Assembly: GCA_027339965.1 (NCBI GenBank)
Contig: DAHWNL010000001.1
Coordinates: 1-62,642 of the forward strand
Source: Granulicella sp.
GTDB lineage: Bacteria; Acidobacteriota; Terriglobia; Terriglobales; Acidobacteriaceae
Direction: 5' to 3'
Length of the DNA: 62,642 nucleotides
Part shown: positions 10,343-20,091 of the stretch, piece after piece
How the letters are laid out: every line of letters starts with the position of its first letter
How positions within the stretch are numbered: the stretch's first letter is position 1
The notes under the pieces: model-generated
Database searches by the model: none
The model's input: only the letters and a program-made list of their open reading frames with translations
Told to the model about the DNA's origin: nothing
Program-made: the position numbers and the translations under genes

Positions 10343-11208
10343 ATGAAGCCAATCACTTGACCGCGGATAATCTCTATCTTTTTGCCCTGCAGTTCTTGCA
10401 GGAACCTGAGATGCGCAATGCCGCAACCCACTTGAAAGAGTGCGCCGTGTGCCGCGCCCAGTTGGGGGAGGTCCAGGGAGAGCTGGTGGCCTACGCCCTG
10501 ACCGCGGAGGTGCAGACGCCCCCTTCGCAGGCTCGAGAGCGGCTTCTGCGGCAGGTGGCGGAAGAGCAGAAGCAGATCCCTGCGGGTCCGGTGGAGGAAC
10601 AGCGGGAGCCATTGCTCTACCCGCGCAACAGCCGAATGTATCTGATCGATGCGCCCGAGGACAAGGAGCCGCGCCGAGCTGCGCCGCTGTTGGCATGGTT
10701 GGGATGGGGAGTGGTGGCCTGTCTGGCCGTGATCACCGGGATGCAGGTGGACCAGCGGCAGATGGTGCAGCAGGATCTGGATGTGGCCATGGCGCAGTTG
10801 AGCCAAAGTCAGCAGCAGAACGGGCGCGCCGAACAGGTGTTGCAAACCTTGCGCGATCCTTCTGCCATACAGGTGGCGATGCACCTGCCCTTGAGCGCCG
10901 CCGCGCCACCCAAGCTCGATCCCGAGGCTCACGTCATCTATCTGGCCCGGACCGGAGCGCTGCTGTTTTTGGCCGATCACCTTGATCCGCTGCAGAATGG
11001 AACAACCTATGAGCTGTGGCTGCTTCCGGCGCAGGCCGGGCTGCCGGCCATCTCCGCCGGGCTGTTCAAGCCTGATTCCAATGGCAACGCCTTGGTGGTG
11101 CTGCCGCCCTTGCCCAAAGGGGTGGTGGCCAAAGGCTTCGGAGTCACCGTAGAAAAAGATGGCGGGGCGCAGACGCCTACCGCGCCCATCATTCTGGCGG
11201 GAATGTAG
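10339..11208 (+). CDS. Anti-sigma factor (RskA-like)
   Basis: HLKECAVC (HxxxCxxC ZAS motif), one TM helix, C-terminal YELWL...FGVTVEKDGG.QTPT. Confidence 0.9.
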   Translation: MNEANHLTADNLYLFALQFLQEPEMRNAATHLKECAVCRAQLGEVQGELVAYALTAEVQTPPSQARERLLRQVAEEQKQIPAGPVEEQREPLLYPRNSRMYLIDAPEDKEPRRAAPLLAWLGWGVVACLAVITGMQVDQRQMVQQDLDVAMAQLSQSQQQNGRAEQVLQTLRDPSAIQVAMHLPLSAAAPPKLDPEAHVIYLARTGALLFLADHLDPLQNGTTYELWLLPAQAGLPAISAGLFKPDSNGNALVVLPPLPKGVVAKGFGVTVEKDGGAQTPTAPIILAGM

Positions 11209-11424
11209 TTCAGCACGCGTTGGAGACGTACGCAAAAGAGCTCGCGGGAGACAGGCTTCTTGCTGTGCTGCCGATCTGCTGGAAGCGTCTTACCCGTCAG
11301 CAAGAGTCTTACCCGTCATACCGGCAGAACTCGAAGGCTGGACCCGTCTGGTGAGAGGGCCTGAGGAAGATCCCACGCTTGCGAAAGTCGCCCGGATTCC
11401 TGAACTCTCCGCCGCTTCAACCGC

Positions 11425-11540
11425 TATAGCATTTTCAGTGTTGATGGGTACACAGGAGAGGGCGTGCAGTGGGGTTTTCATTGGGGAAAGCGCCCATGGA
11501 GGTCAAGGCGTCGCGTTACACCTTCACTGAAAACGCGTTA
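11425..11540 (+). mobile_element. MITE-like element, copy 1 (116 bp including both TA)
   Basis: TATAGCATTTTCAGTG...CACTGAAAACGCGTTA imperfect terminal IRs; TA at both ends; ~90% identical inverted copy at 45634-45748. Confidence 0.8.
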
Positions 11541-13178
11541 GCGCGCGCTCACCTGAACCCCATACGGAATGCCGTTTCCCTGCAGCGGAATGTGAGTCTG
11601 CACCTGGTTGGTATCGGTATAGATGATGCTCATGTACTGGCTATCCGAAGAGGTGACATATACCTTGCCGGTGGGCAGACCGCCGGTGGAGGCGATCGCG
11701 TTTGGATGGCCAAAGATATAGTTGGCGGTGCCGTTGGCCAGCAACGTGGCGGCTGAACCGGAGATGCCGCAGATGGTGGTGGTTACGGTATTGGTCTGCA
11801 AATCAATCACCGTCACGGAGCCCTCACCGGCGCCACAGGTTCCAGTGCTGTCCAACTGGTTGACCACATAAGCAGCGGGGCTGTTTCCTTCGAAGCCTTG
11901 CAGGACGGAAACCTCGGAGGCGCCTATGCCGACAGGAACCGTGGCGATTACATCTCCAAAGCCGACGCCATCCTCGGGATTGACCGGGTTGCAGTTCGGA
12001 TTGGTGGGCTGCGCCGTGGCGTTGCACAGTGGAATATTGATGACACTCAGGCTGCCGGCGGTAAGCAGCTCCCAGTTGGCCGTGTCGGTGGGCAGACTGC
12101 CACTGAATCCGCTGTTCAGCGCCATGTAATAGTTGGTCTTCCCGCCTACCGTGTAGCTGACGATCTGATTCTTCTGATAGGTTGTGGTTGTGTTGTAGGC
12201 GCCCTGGTAGTCTTGCGCCGCCGAAAGATTCGCGCCATTACCGGCGTTCAGCACCACCAGTTCATTGGCCACCGTATTGACATCGGCCCACACCGGGTTG
12301 CTGCCAACGGTGATGCTGGGCTTGTCGACATCGAGCTCGTTGCTGGGAACGTTCAGCACGGAGACAGTTCCAGAACCCTCATTCATAATGAAGGCTCGGT
12401 CGGTGTTGGTGGTCATCACCCCGTAAACCGGATCGATGCCGACGGGAATCTGCGCGGAGTCCGAGAGCGTAGTGGTAGAAACCGTCTCAATGGAATCTAC
12501 CTGGCCGTTGGTTCCCGGGGAGTTCTGGCTGATGGCATAGACGCGCGGGGCGTTGGTGGTCCCGACGACGTAATAGGGATTGCTGCCTCCAGCCTCGATA
12601 TCCACGGTGTCATAGAGGGCAGCCGTAGAGGCGTTGACGGCGGCAATGCTGTTCAGGCCACCTTGTGGGATGAAGATGGTCGATAGACCGCTGGCCGGGG
12701 TGAAGGCCGACATGGACACCGGCTCGGACTCCACAGGGAGGGAGGTAAAGACAATGTCGCTGGTAAGCAGCGTGGAGGGGTTGGCCAGGGAAAAGGTGCT
12801 CAACGAGCCGTCCAGATTGGTGACATAACCCTGGCTGCCATTGACATTGATCACAAAATAGTTCGGGTTGGTGACAAGATTCGGCGTCGCCAGCAGCGTG
12901 TCGCCGGAGAAGTCCACAATTGTGGCCAGCGACTGCTCGCCGCTGATCGTGGGTATCGAGAGGGCGACCGCATATTTCGTAAGCTGTCCGGCGGGGCCAA
13001 CAGGGTTGATGGCCTGAACCACAGGACGATAGTTGTCGCCACAGCCGGCGGTTGCCATCAGAATGGAGAGGCTGGCAATGCCCGCCAGGCTGGCGCGGCG
13101 CGCAAAGCTCGCCCGGCATCCGAAGCCGGGGCGGCATAGACGATTCCCAAGCCGATGGATAAAGATGGAATGCGACAT
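11538..13178 (-). CDS. YncE/YVTN-like beta-propeller lipoprotein with inserted CBM5/12-like module
   Basis: Lipobox-like MATAGC; repeats IPVGIDPVY, AFIMNEGSGTVSVL, ITVGSNP, VPVGIG, GSVTVIDLQTN; start estimated from GGGAG RBS. Confidence 0.8.
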   Translation of the reverse strand: MSHSIFIHRLGNRLCRPGFGCRASFARRASLAGIASLSILMATAGCGDNYRPVVQAINPVGPAGQLTKYAVALSIPTISGEQSLATIVDFSGDTLLATPNLVTNPNYFVINVNGSQGYVTNLDGSLSTFSLANPSTLLTSDIVFTSLPVESEPVSMSAFTPASGLSTIFIPQGGLNSIAAVNASTAALYDTVDIEAGGSNPYYVVGTTNAPRVYAISQNSPGTNGQVDSIETVSTTTLSDSAQIPVGIDPVYGVMTTNTDRAFIMNEGSGTVSVLNVPSNELDVDKPSITVGSNPVWADVNTVANELVVLNAGNGANLSAAQDYQGAYNTTTTYQKNQIVSYTVGGKTNYYMALNSGFSGSLPTDTANWELLTAGSLSVINIPLCNATAQPTNPNCNPVNPEDGVGFGDVIATVPVGIGASEVSVLQGFEGNSPAAYVVNQLDSTGTCGAGEGSVTVIDLQTNTVTTTICGISGSAATLLANGTANYIFGHPNAIASTGGLPTGKVYVTSSDSQYMSIIYTDTNQVQTHIPLQGNGIPYGVQVSAR

Positions 13179-13417
13179 TCTGAACAAACAGTACTCCCCC
13201 AAAAAGGCCGCTTTGAGCCAAGCCAGGGGTGGAACCCGGACGCTCCAAAGCCCGGACGCTTCCGATCCAGACTCTCCTGATTGGCTATGGACGATCTTCG
13301 CGGCTACCTTCAGCATCTGATTGTAAACGAATCAAGCCGCGGATCCTGGCGCGCAGGGACAAAGAACCGGGAGCCGGAATCTCATCCCGGACAGAAGAAA
13401 CGGCGCAGGAGGATGGA

Positions 13418-13834
13418 ATGAACGAACCGGAAACGATCCTGGAGATGCTGGGGGGACGGCAGCGGGAAGCCCGCGTTCTGGCGGTCATCGGGCTGTCCGA
13501 TGATCCGGGTAAGCCCAGCTACGCCGTCTCCGCTTACATGCAGCAGCACGGCTACAAGATCTACCCCGTGAATCCAGCCATCGAGAGCGTCCTGGGGGAA
13601 AAGAGCTATCGCTCCTTGGCGGAGTTGCCGGTGAAGCCGGACGTGGTGAATGTATTTCGGCGAGCATCCTATCTACCCACCGTCGTCGAGGAGATGCTCT
13701 CGCTGGGTCTTAAAAGCCTGTGGGCGCAGATGGGCATCTGGAACCCGGAGGCAGCCGCCAGCGCGGAAGCGGGCGGAATCCGGGTGGTCATGGACCGCTG
13801 CATCCTGGTGGAGCACCGGCGGCTGTTTGGCTAG
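13418..13834 (+). CDS. CoA-binding protein (YccU-like)
   Basis: AVIGLSDDPGKPSY...GYKIYPVNP, DVVNVFR, WAQMGI, VVMDRCI. Confidence 0.92.
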   Translation: MNEPETILEMLGGRQREARVLAVIGLSDDPGKPSYAVSAYMQQHGYKIYPVNPAIESVLGEKSYRSLAELPVKPDVVNVFRRASYLPTVVEEMLSLGLKSLWAQMGIWNPEAAASAEAGGIRVVMDRCILVEHRRLFG

Positions 13835-13896
13835 GTAGCCAAAGCTGGAGAGGACTGTCGTACTGGTTTTCGGGCGGTTGCTTCTACAATGGAGAG

Positions 13897-16065
13897 ATGA
13901 TGGAAAGGCCCTGGAGCAAAGGACGACGAGCGCTGGCAGCCGCTGCTGTGGTGCTGACCGCGCTGCTGGGGGGGAGCGCGGCGGCGCAGATCGCCGAAGT
14001 AGGCAACGGCGGGCCAGGGCCGGTGAAGGCCGAACATCTCACGGCTGAGTTGACCGCGCTCTCACCCCAGATCGCCGTGGGCGGAACGCTGCAGGTGGGC
14101 TTGGTGTTGACCATACAGGAGGGCTGGCACGTCTACTGGATCAACGCCGGCGATTCAGGAGAGCCGCCGGCCATCCATTGGACGCTGCCCAAGGGAGTGA
14201 CTGCTGGTCCCATGCAGTTCCCCCCTCCCAGCCGCTTGCCCCTTGGGCCACTCATGGACTTTGGCTACCAGGACAGCGTGGCCTTCCCTGTCCGCCTCAC
14301 GGCGTCTCCCACCCTGCATCCGGGCAAGCTGCATCTGGATGCGCATGTAAGCTGGCTGGTGTGCAGCAGCGTCTGCCTGCCCGGCAAGGCGCATTTGGGC
14401 ATGGATCTGGAGGCGGTGAAGGGTCCACTGCCCAAGCCGGCGGAGGTGGGCGCCCTGGGAACGGCGCTCGCTGAGTTACCTTCGCCGCTCTCGGATGGCA
14501 TGAGCGCCGAAGCCGTGACCGATGCCAAGCAGATTCTGGTCACATTCAAGACCGGTTCAAGGGAGACGTCGGCCCAGATCTATCCCTATGATTCCGAAGT
14601 CATCGAGAACGCCGCGGCGCAGCGGGTGGAATCCCTGTCCGATGGAGCCAAAGTATGGCTGAAGCGGGCCCAGGATTCGGTAAGCCCGCCCGCGACCTTG
14701 CATGCTCTGGTGGAGTTCCCCGACATCGGGGCGTTTGACTTCTCCGTACCTGTCAGCCAGGGAGTGGTCCCGGCGCCTCCACTGGCTGCACAGGCGATGC
14801 CGGACAGCAACCCAGACCAGGATCAGAGTCAGACCCAGCCCTTGACGGCTCTCAGCGCGATAGGATTGGCGTTTCTAGGAGGCATGCTGCTCAATCTGAT
14901 GCCCTGCGTCTTTCCGGTGCTGTTCTTGAAGGGGTTGAGCCTGCTGCACTCCGCCGGCGAAGAACGAGCCCGGCAAAGGTCGCACGGATGGATGTACACG
15001 GCGGGAATCGTCGTCAGCTTCTGGGCAATCGTCGCCGGCCTGCTGATCTTGAGAGCCGGCGGCCGCGCGTTGGGCTGGGGATTCCAGTTGCAGTCCCCCG
15101 GATTTGTAGCCGTTCTGGCGTCCTTGGTCTTTTTTCTTGGTCTGAGCCTTGCAGGCCAGTTTGAAATTGGGCTCAGCCTGACCAGCGTCGGCGGCGGACT
15201 GGCCAGAAAGCCAGGATTAACCGGCAGCTTCTTTACCGGAGTGCTGGCCACAGTAGTCGCCACACCCTGCATGGCGCCGTTGATGGGTGCGGCGGTCGGC
15301 TTCGCGCTGGTGCAGCAGGCTTGGCTCACGTTTCTGGTCTTCACCAGCCTGGCGCTGGGGCTGGCCGCTCCCTTCCTGGCGCTGACGATGCAACCCCGCT
15401 GGACCAGAGCGTTGCCCCCACCGGGCACCTGGATGGAGACGCTCAAAAACCTGGTATCTGTGCCTCTGTTTGCCACAGCCATCTGGCTGACCTGGGTGTA
15501 CGGGCAACTCTACTCACCCGATGGGGTGAACCACATGGCCTGGCTGCTGAGCTGCTTCCTCGTTTTGGCGGTCGCGGGATGGGCGCTGGGCCGGTGGCCG
15601 GCAAAACGGGGCGCAACCTTGGCTGCGGTGGTCCTGATTGCCGGTGCCCTGGCGCTGCCGCTACACCGGCCGGCAGTGGATAAGCTGGTCTGGAAGCCTT
15701 ACACCCAAGCGAACTTTGCGGCCGCTCGGGCATCTGGGAATCCAGTGTTTATCGACTTCACGGCGGCCTGGTGCTTGAGCTGCCAGGTGAATGAGCGGGC
15801 CGTGCTGGAGTCTGGCGCGGTGGAGCGGGCGCTGGGAAAGAACCGCATGCAGCTTCTCAAGGCTGACTGGACGCAGTATGATCCAATGATCACCAAACAG
15901 TTGGCCTCGCTGGGAAGAAGCGGTGTTCCTACCTATGTGATCTATCCCCCGGGCGCGATCTCCAACCCGGATGTCCTGCCCGAGGTTCTGACCGAGCAGG
16001 TCGTACTGAAGGCCATACGGACCGACGCCCGGCCGATGGGCTCGCAGACCGCGAAATCGCGCTGA
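13897..16065 (+). CDS. dsbD: Thiol:disulfide interchange protein, DsbD family
   Basis: GWHVYWINAGDSG and CSSVCLP N-domain; NLMPCVFP and ATPCMAP TM cysteines; DFTAAWCLSC thioredoxin domain. Confidence 0.92.
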   Translation: MMERPWSKGRRALAAAAVVLTALLGGSAAAQIAEVGNGGPGPVKAEHLTAELTALSPQIAVGGTLQVGLVLTIQEGWHVYWINAGDSGEPPAIHWTLPKGVTAGPMQFPPPSRLPLGPLMDFGYQDSVAFPVRLTASPTLHPGKLHLDAHVSWLVCSSVCLPGKAHLGMDLEAVKGPLPKPAEVGALGTALAELPSPLSDGMSAEAVTDAKQILVTFKTGSRETSAQIYPYDSEVIENAAAQRVESLSDGAKVWLKRAQDSVSPPATLHALVEFPDIGAFDFSVPVSQGVVPAPPLAAQAMPDSNPDQDQSQTQPLTALSAIGLAFLGGMLLNLMPCVFPVLFLKGLSLLHSAGEERARQRSHGWMYTAGIVVSFWAIVAGLLILRAGGRALGWGFQLQSPGFVAVLASLVFFLGLSLAGQFEIGLSLTSVGGGLARKPGLTGSFFTGVLATVVATPCMAPLMGAAVGFALVQQAWLTFLVFTSLALGLAAPFLALTMQPRWTRALPPPGTWMETLKNLVSVPLFATAIWLTWVYGQLYSPDGVNHMAWLLSCFLVLAVAGWALGRWPAKRGATLAAVVLIAGALALPLHRPAVDKLVWKPYTQANFAAARASGNPVFIDFTAAWCLSCQVNERAVLESGAVERALGKNRMQLLKADWTQYDPMITKQLASLGRSGVPTYVIYPPGAISNPDVLPEVLTEQVVLKAIRTDARPMGSQTAKSR

Positions 16066-16132
16066 AAACGAATCTCGCGGCGGCTCGCCCGAGCAGAGCG
16101 CCCGGAATCAAGAGTTAAGGAGGGTTCTGACC

Positions 16133-16744
16133 ATGAAGAAGTCACTATGTGGATGGTTGGTAGCGGCAGGGTTGGCGATGATTTCACTGAACGCGTTGGC
16201 GCTGACGCCGGGAGACGCCGCCCCGGAGTTTCATGGCGTGGGTTCAAACGGCAAAACACAGACGCTGGCGCAGTACCGAGGCAAGTACGTCGTGCTGGAA
16301 TGGACCAACCGGGATTGCCCCTACACGCGCAAGCACTACCGCAGCGGCAACATGGAGCGCCTGCAAAAGGAATGGACGGCCAGGGGGGTGATATGGTTGA
16401 CGGTGATCTCCTCCGCTCCGGGACAACAGGGATACGCGACGCCGGAACTGGAGAACGCCTACCTGCAGAAGATGCACGCCGCGCCGACAGCGGTAATTCT
16501 GGATTCCAGCGGAAAGATTGGGCGGCTGTATGACGCCAAAACCACGCCGGATATGTTCGTGATCGATCCGCAGGGAAAGTTGATCTATGAGGGCGCGATC
16601 GACGACCGCCCGACGCCGGACCCGGCCAGCCTGCAGGGAGCAACGAACTATGTGAGCGCGGCGTTGCGGGAGGCAATGAAAGGGGAACCGGTCCAGACTC
16701 CTGTCACCCGGCCTTACGGCTGCAGTGTGAAGTACGGAGATTGA
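16133..16744 (+). CDS. Exported redoxin (AhpC/TSA thioredoxin-fold protein)
   Basis: Signal peptide, VVLEWTNRDCPY, YDAKTTPDMFVID, YEGAIDD, YGCSVKY. Confidence 0.88.
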   Translation: MKKSLCGWLVAAGLAMISLNALALTPGDAAPEFHGVGSNGKTQTLAQYRGKYVVLEWTNRDCPYTRKHYRSGNMERLQKEWTARGVIWLTVISSAPGQQGYATPELENAYLQKMHAAPTAVILDSSGKIGRLYDAKTTPDMFVIDPQGKLIYEGAIDDRPTPDPASLQGATNYVSAALREAMKGEPVQTPVTRPYGCSVKYGD

Positions 16745-16882
16745 ATCACCGGCGCAACGTTCTCATGATGGGGGCAGAGGCAGAGCGGCCGATGCTGATC
16801 GTTATGCGCTCAGCGGCAACTTCGTGCCGGCCCTATCCTGCTCTCGTATCGCGCATCCGAGCGGCTGGCGAACGATGCTCAT

Positions 16883-18253
16883 TCACGCACCAGAGTTGGA
16901 TCCGGAACCCCGCTCGCGAAGACGAGCAATCTCGGCCATGCGTTGGGCCAGAAGCTTCTCGCGACCTTCGCCGGTGGGGTGATAGAAGCGGCGGTTGAGA
17001 AGCCCCTCAGGCAAGCACGGCATTGCGGCTACCTTACCTTCGACATCGTGGGCGTACTGGTAGCCTTTGCCGTAGTCCAACTGCTTCATTAACCGGGTGG
17101 GAGCGTTGCGCAGGTGCAGGGGCACGGGTTCGGCAGGGCTGGTCTCAATCTCGGCGCGAACCTCTCCGTAGGCCTTATAGACGGCATTGGATTTGGGAGC
17201 GAGCGCCAGATAGATAACGGCCTGGGCTAGCGCCAGTTCCCCCTCCGGAGAACCCAGAAAATGCATGGCGTCGCGGGCTGAGAGACAGAGATTGAGCGCC
17301 TCGGGCGCTGCCAAACCAACGTCTTCCACCGCCATCCGAACGATGCGGCGAGCGATATACATGGCGTCTTCGCCGGCGGCCAGCATGCGGCCCAGCCAGT
17401 AGAGCGCGGCATCGGCGTCGGAGTTGCGAACCGATTTGTGCAACGCGGAGATGATGTCATAGTGCTGTTCGCCGCTCTTGTCGTAGAGCAGAAGGCGCTG
17501 CTGCAAAGCATCGAATGCAATGTCCAGGGTGAGGACCGTCTCACCCCGTTCCTGAACCAGCTTGGCGGCAACCTCCAGGGCGTTGAGGGCATAGCGCGCG
17601 TCGCCGCTGGAGTAGCTGGCGATGGCCTCCAGCGCTTTCGTCTCTGCGCTCAGAGAAAGGCTGCCCAATCCCCGCGAATCTTGCTCAGATTTGCCCCTGC
17701 CCTCAGCCAGGGTGCGCTGCAGCAGGGCAAGAATCTCCTGCTGTTCCAGAGCACGCAGAGTGTAGACGCGGCAGCGGGAGAGCAACGCCGCGTTGATCTC
17801 AAAGCTGGGATTTTCCGTCGTGGCGCCGATCAGGCGGATGCTGCCACGCTCCACGTAGGGAAGAAAGGCATCCTGTTGCGCTTTGTTGAAGCGATGCATC
17901 TCGTCGATGAACAGAATGGTTCGGGATCCGAACGAGGCAGCCTTCTCCGCGTCCGCCATCACCTGCTTGATCTCCTTGATGCCGGACAGCACCGCGGAGA
18001 ACTCGATGAAGGTTGCGGAGGTGCGAAGGGCGATGATCTTGGCCAGCGAGGTCTTGCCCGACCCCGGAGGACCCCAGAAGATCAGCGAAGAGGCGTCATC
18101 GGACTCGATCTGGAGGCGCAGCGGCCTTCCCGGAGCCAGCAGATGCGACTGGCCGAAGAACTCGTCGAGCGACCGTGGCCGCATGCGTTCAGCCAGCGGG
18201 ATGGAGTGCTCCGCAGGGCGGGTCGGATCCGGGTTGGAGGTGAAGAGGCTCAT
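16883..18253 (-). CDS. rarA: Replication-associated recombination protein A (MgsA/RarA)
   Basis: PLAERMRP, GPPGSGKT, DEMHRFNKAQQD, GATTENPSF, ISALHKSVRNSD, VPLHLRNAPT. Confidence 0.96.
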   Translation of the reverse strand: MSLFTSNPDPTRPAEHSIPLAERMRPRSLDEFFGQSHLLAPGRPLRLQIESDDASSLIFWGPPGSGKTSLAKIIALRTSATFIEFSAVLSGIKEIKQVMADAEKAASFGSRTILFIDEMHRFNKAQQDAFLPYVERGSIRLIGATTENPSFEINAALLSRCRVYTLRALEQQEILALLQRTLAEGRGKSEQDSRGLGSLSLSAETKALEAIASYSSGDARYALNALEVAAKLVQERGETVLTLDIAFDALQQRLLLYDKSGEQHYDIISALHKSVRNSDADAALYWLGRMLAAGEDAMYIARRIVRMAVEDVGLAAPEALNLCLSARDAMHFLGSPEGELALAQAVIYLALAPKSNAVYKAYGEVRAEIETSPAEPVPLHLRNAPTRLMKQLDYGKGYQYAHDVEGKVAAMPCLPEGLLNRRFYHPTGEGREKLLAQRMAEIARLRERGSGSNSGA

Positions 18254-19068
18254 GGAGTTCGGGAGGAAGGGCTGGAAGCGCACGCGCGCTGGCGCATGGC
18301 CTCATACAGGAGCGTGGAGCCGGCGACCGCAGCATTGAGAGACTCGACCGCAACGGGTATGCACACTCTATGATGCGCCAGCCGGAGAGCCTGGGCGGAG
18401 AGGCCGGCTCCCTCATTGCCGATCAGCAGAGCCGTTCGCGGAGCAAAGACGGTCTCCAGCAGGGAGGCCGCGCCGAGCGGTTGGGCCACGGCGGCATAGA
18501 GCCTGGCTCCCTGCGCTTGCAACTGTTCACCAATCTCCTCCAGCGGCGCGCGGACCACAGGGATGCGAAAGACCGAGCCGGCAGAGGCCCGAACGACCTT
18601 GGGGTTCCAAGGATTCACCGTCTCGGGAGTCACATACATCTGTTGCGCCCCAAAGGCCTCCGCGCTGCGCAACAGCGTGCCCAGGTTGCCGGGGTCTTGC
18701 AGCGCCTCCACAACCAGAACCACCGCCTCCGGCGCCAGCCGGGTGAGCGTTAGTAGCGGGATGCGTACAATGGCGGCTATGCCTTGGGGCGAGGCGGTCT
18801 CCACAGCGCCGGCGAACACCTCACGGCTTAGCGTGAAACAGCCGCAGGCCGCGACTGCGGCCAGTGCCGGGCGATCGAGCAAACTCTGGCTACCTTCGCG
18901 CACGAAGAGACCTTCGATCTCCAGACCGGAGCGGATCGCCTCCACGATGAGATGCTCTCCCTCCACGCCGAGCCGCTCGCCTGCCCGCGCCGCCTCTCCG
19001 CTGAAGGAGGCGCGGAGAGCTTTGGCGCGAGCGTTGGACTTGCTGGTGATGAGCAAAGTTTCTGGCAT
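18250..19068 (-). CDS. TrmH/SpoU family RNA methyltransferase
   Basis: QDPGNLGTLLRSAEAFG, KVVRASAGS, IGNEGAGLS, ESLNAAVAG. Confidence 0.93.
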   Translation of the reverse strand: MPETLLITSKSNARAKALRASFSGEAARAGERLGVEGEHLIVEAIRSGLEIEGLFVREGSQSLLDRPALAAVAACGCFTLSREVFAGAVETASPQGIAAIVRIPLLTLTRLAPEAVVLVVEALQDPGNLGTLLRSAEAFGAQQMYVTPETVNPWNPKVVRASAGSVFRIPVVRAPLEEIGEQLQAQGARLYAAVAQPLGAASLLETVFAPRTALLIGNEGAGLSAQALRLAHHRVCIPVAVESLNAAVAGSTLLYEAMRQRACASSPSSRTP

Positions 19069-19224
19069 GGCACAAGGCGGATTCCAAATCAAGCCGCGGC
19101 GCTCTCTGGTTGGTCGGATATCGCTGAGATCCAGTGTAAGCGCTGCTTGTAGGGAAGCGATGCGAACAGAGACTTCGCTTTGCAGAAGGCATATGGGATA
19201 AAGTCATTGCTGGGGAAGATTAAC

Positions 19225-19869
19225 TTGACGGCTGAGATGCTCCGCATTCATCCAGACGAACCGGAACCGCGCCTGGTCTCTCAGGTTGTCGCTTCACTGC
19301 GACACGGCGATGTGGTGGCTTTGCCCACAGACACATTTTACGGATTGGCGGTCGACCCGGTGAATCTGCGCGCGGTCGAGCGGATTTATGAGCTGAAGAC
19401 GCGGGCCAAGCACAAGCCTCTCTCCTTGTTGCTCTCAGACGTGGCCCAGGCCTATGAACTGGCGCGCGAGATCGACACAACCTTCGACAGACTGGCGGAG
19501 AGGTTTTGGCCTGGGCCGCTGACGATTGTGGTGAAGGCGGGCAGCAAACTGCCGTTGCGCGTCACCGCGAACACCGGCAACGTGGCCTTGCGGGTTCCCG
19601 AAGCACAGATCTGCCGGAGCGTTGTGCGATCTTTGGGGCTACCCATCACGGCGACTTCAGCGAATTTGAGCGGCCGCGCCGAGTGCACCTACGCCGCCTG
19701 CGTGCGGGAGCAGTTCGGAGACAAGATCCCGGTCATTGTGGACGGCGGGCCGACCGCCCGGACGGTGGCTACCACCATTGTGGACCTGAGCGGGGGCGGA
19801 AACTCCTGGACGATCCTGCGCGAGGGCGCCATTCCGACCTATGAGGTCGCGCTCGCCCTGCAGCACTAG
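19225..19869 (+). CDS. tsaC: L-threonylcarbamoyladenylate synthase (Sua5/YrdC)
   Basis: PTDTFYGL, IYELKTR..HKPL, FWPGPLT, TSANLSG; start uncertain (TTG 19225 or ATG 19237). Confidence 0.93.
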   Translation: MTAEMLRIHPDEPEPRLVSQVVASLRHGDVVALPTDTFYGLAVDPVNLRAVERIYELKTRAKHKPLSLLLSDVAQAYELAREIDTTFDRLAERFWPGPLTIVVKAGSKLPLRVTANTGNVALRVPEAQICRSVVRSLGLPITATSANLSGRAECTYAACVREQFGDKIPVIVDGGPTARTVATTIVDLSGGGNSWTILREGAIPTYEVALALQH

Positions 19870-20091
19870 AATTTTGCCGGCCATAACCGCGGCGGACAAG
19901 CCGTCTGCCTGCGCCGTTCACTCATCAACCGGTGCGCATGCCTGGGCATCGCAACCCAGGCATCAACCGGAGTCCCTCTCTTCCCCCCGCGGAGGGCCCA
20001 GATCTCCAAAAGCAAATGGCGAAGCATGGCATCGGGCTAACTGGATTCCGCACGGCCTGTCGCGGCATACTTAAAGTTGGTTGCACAACCC

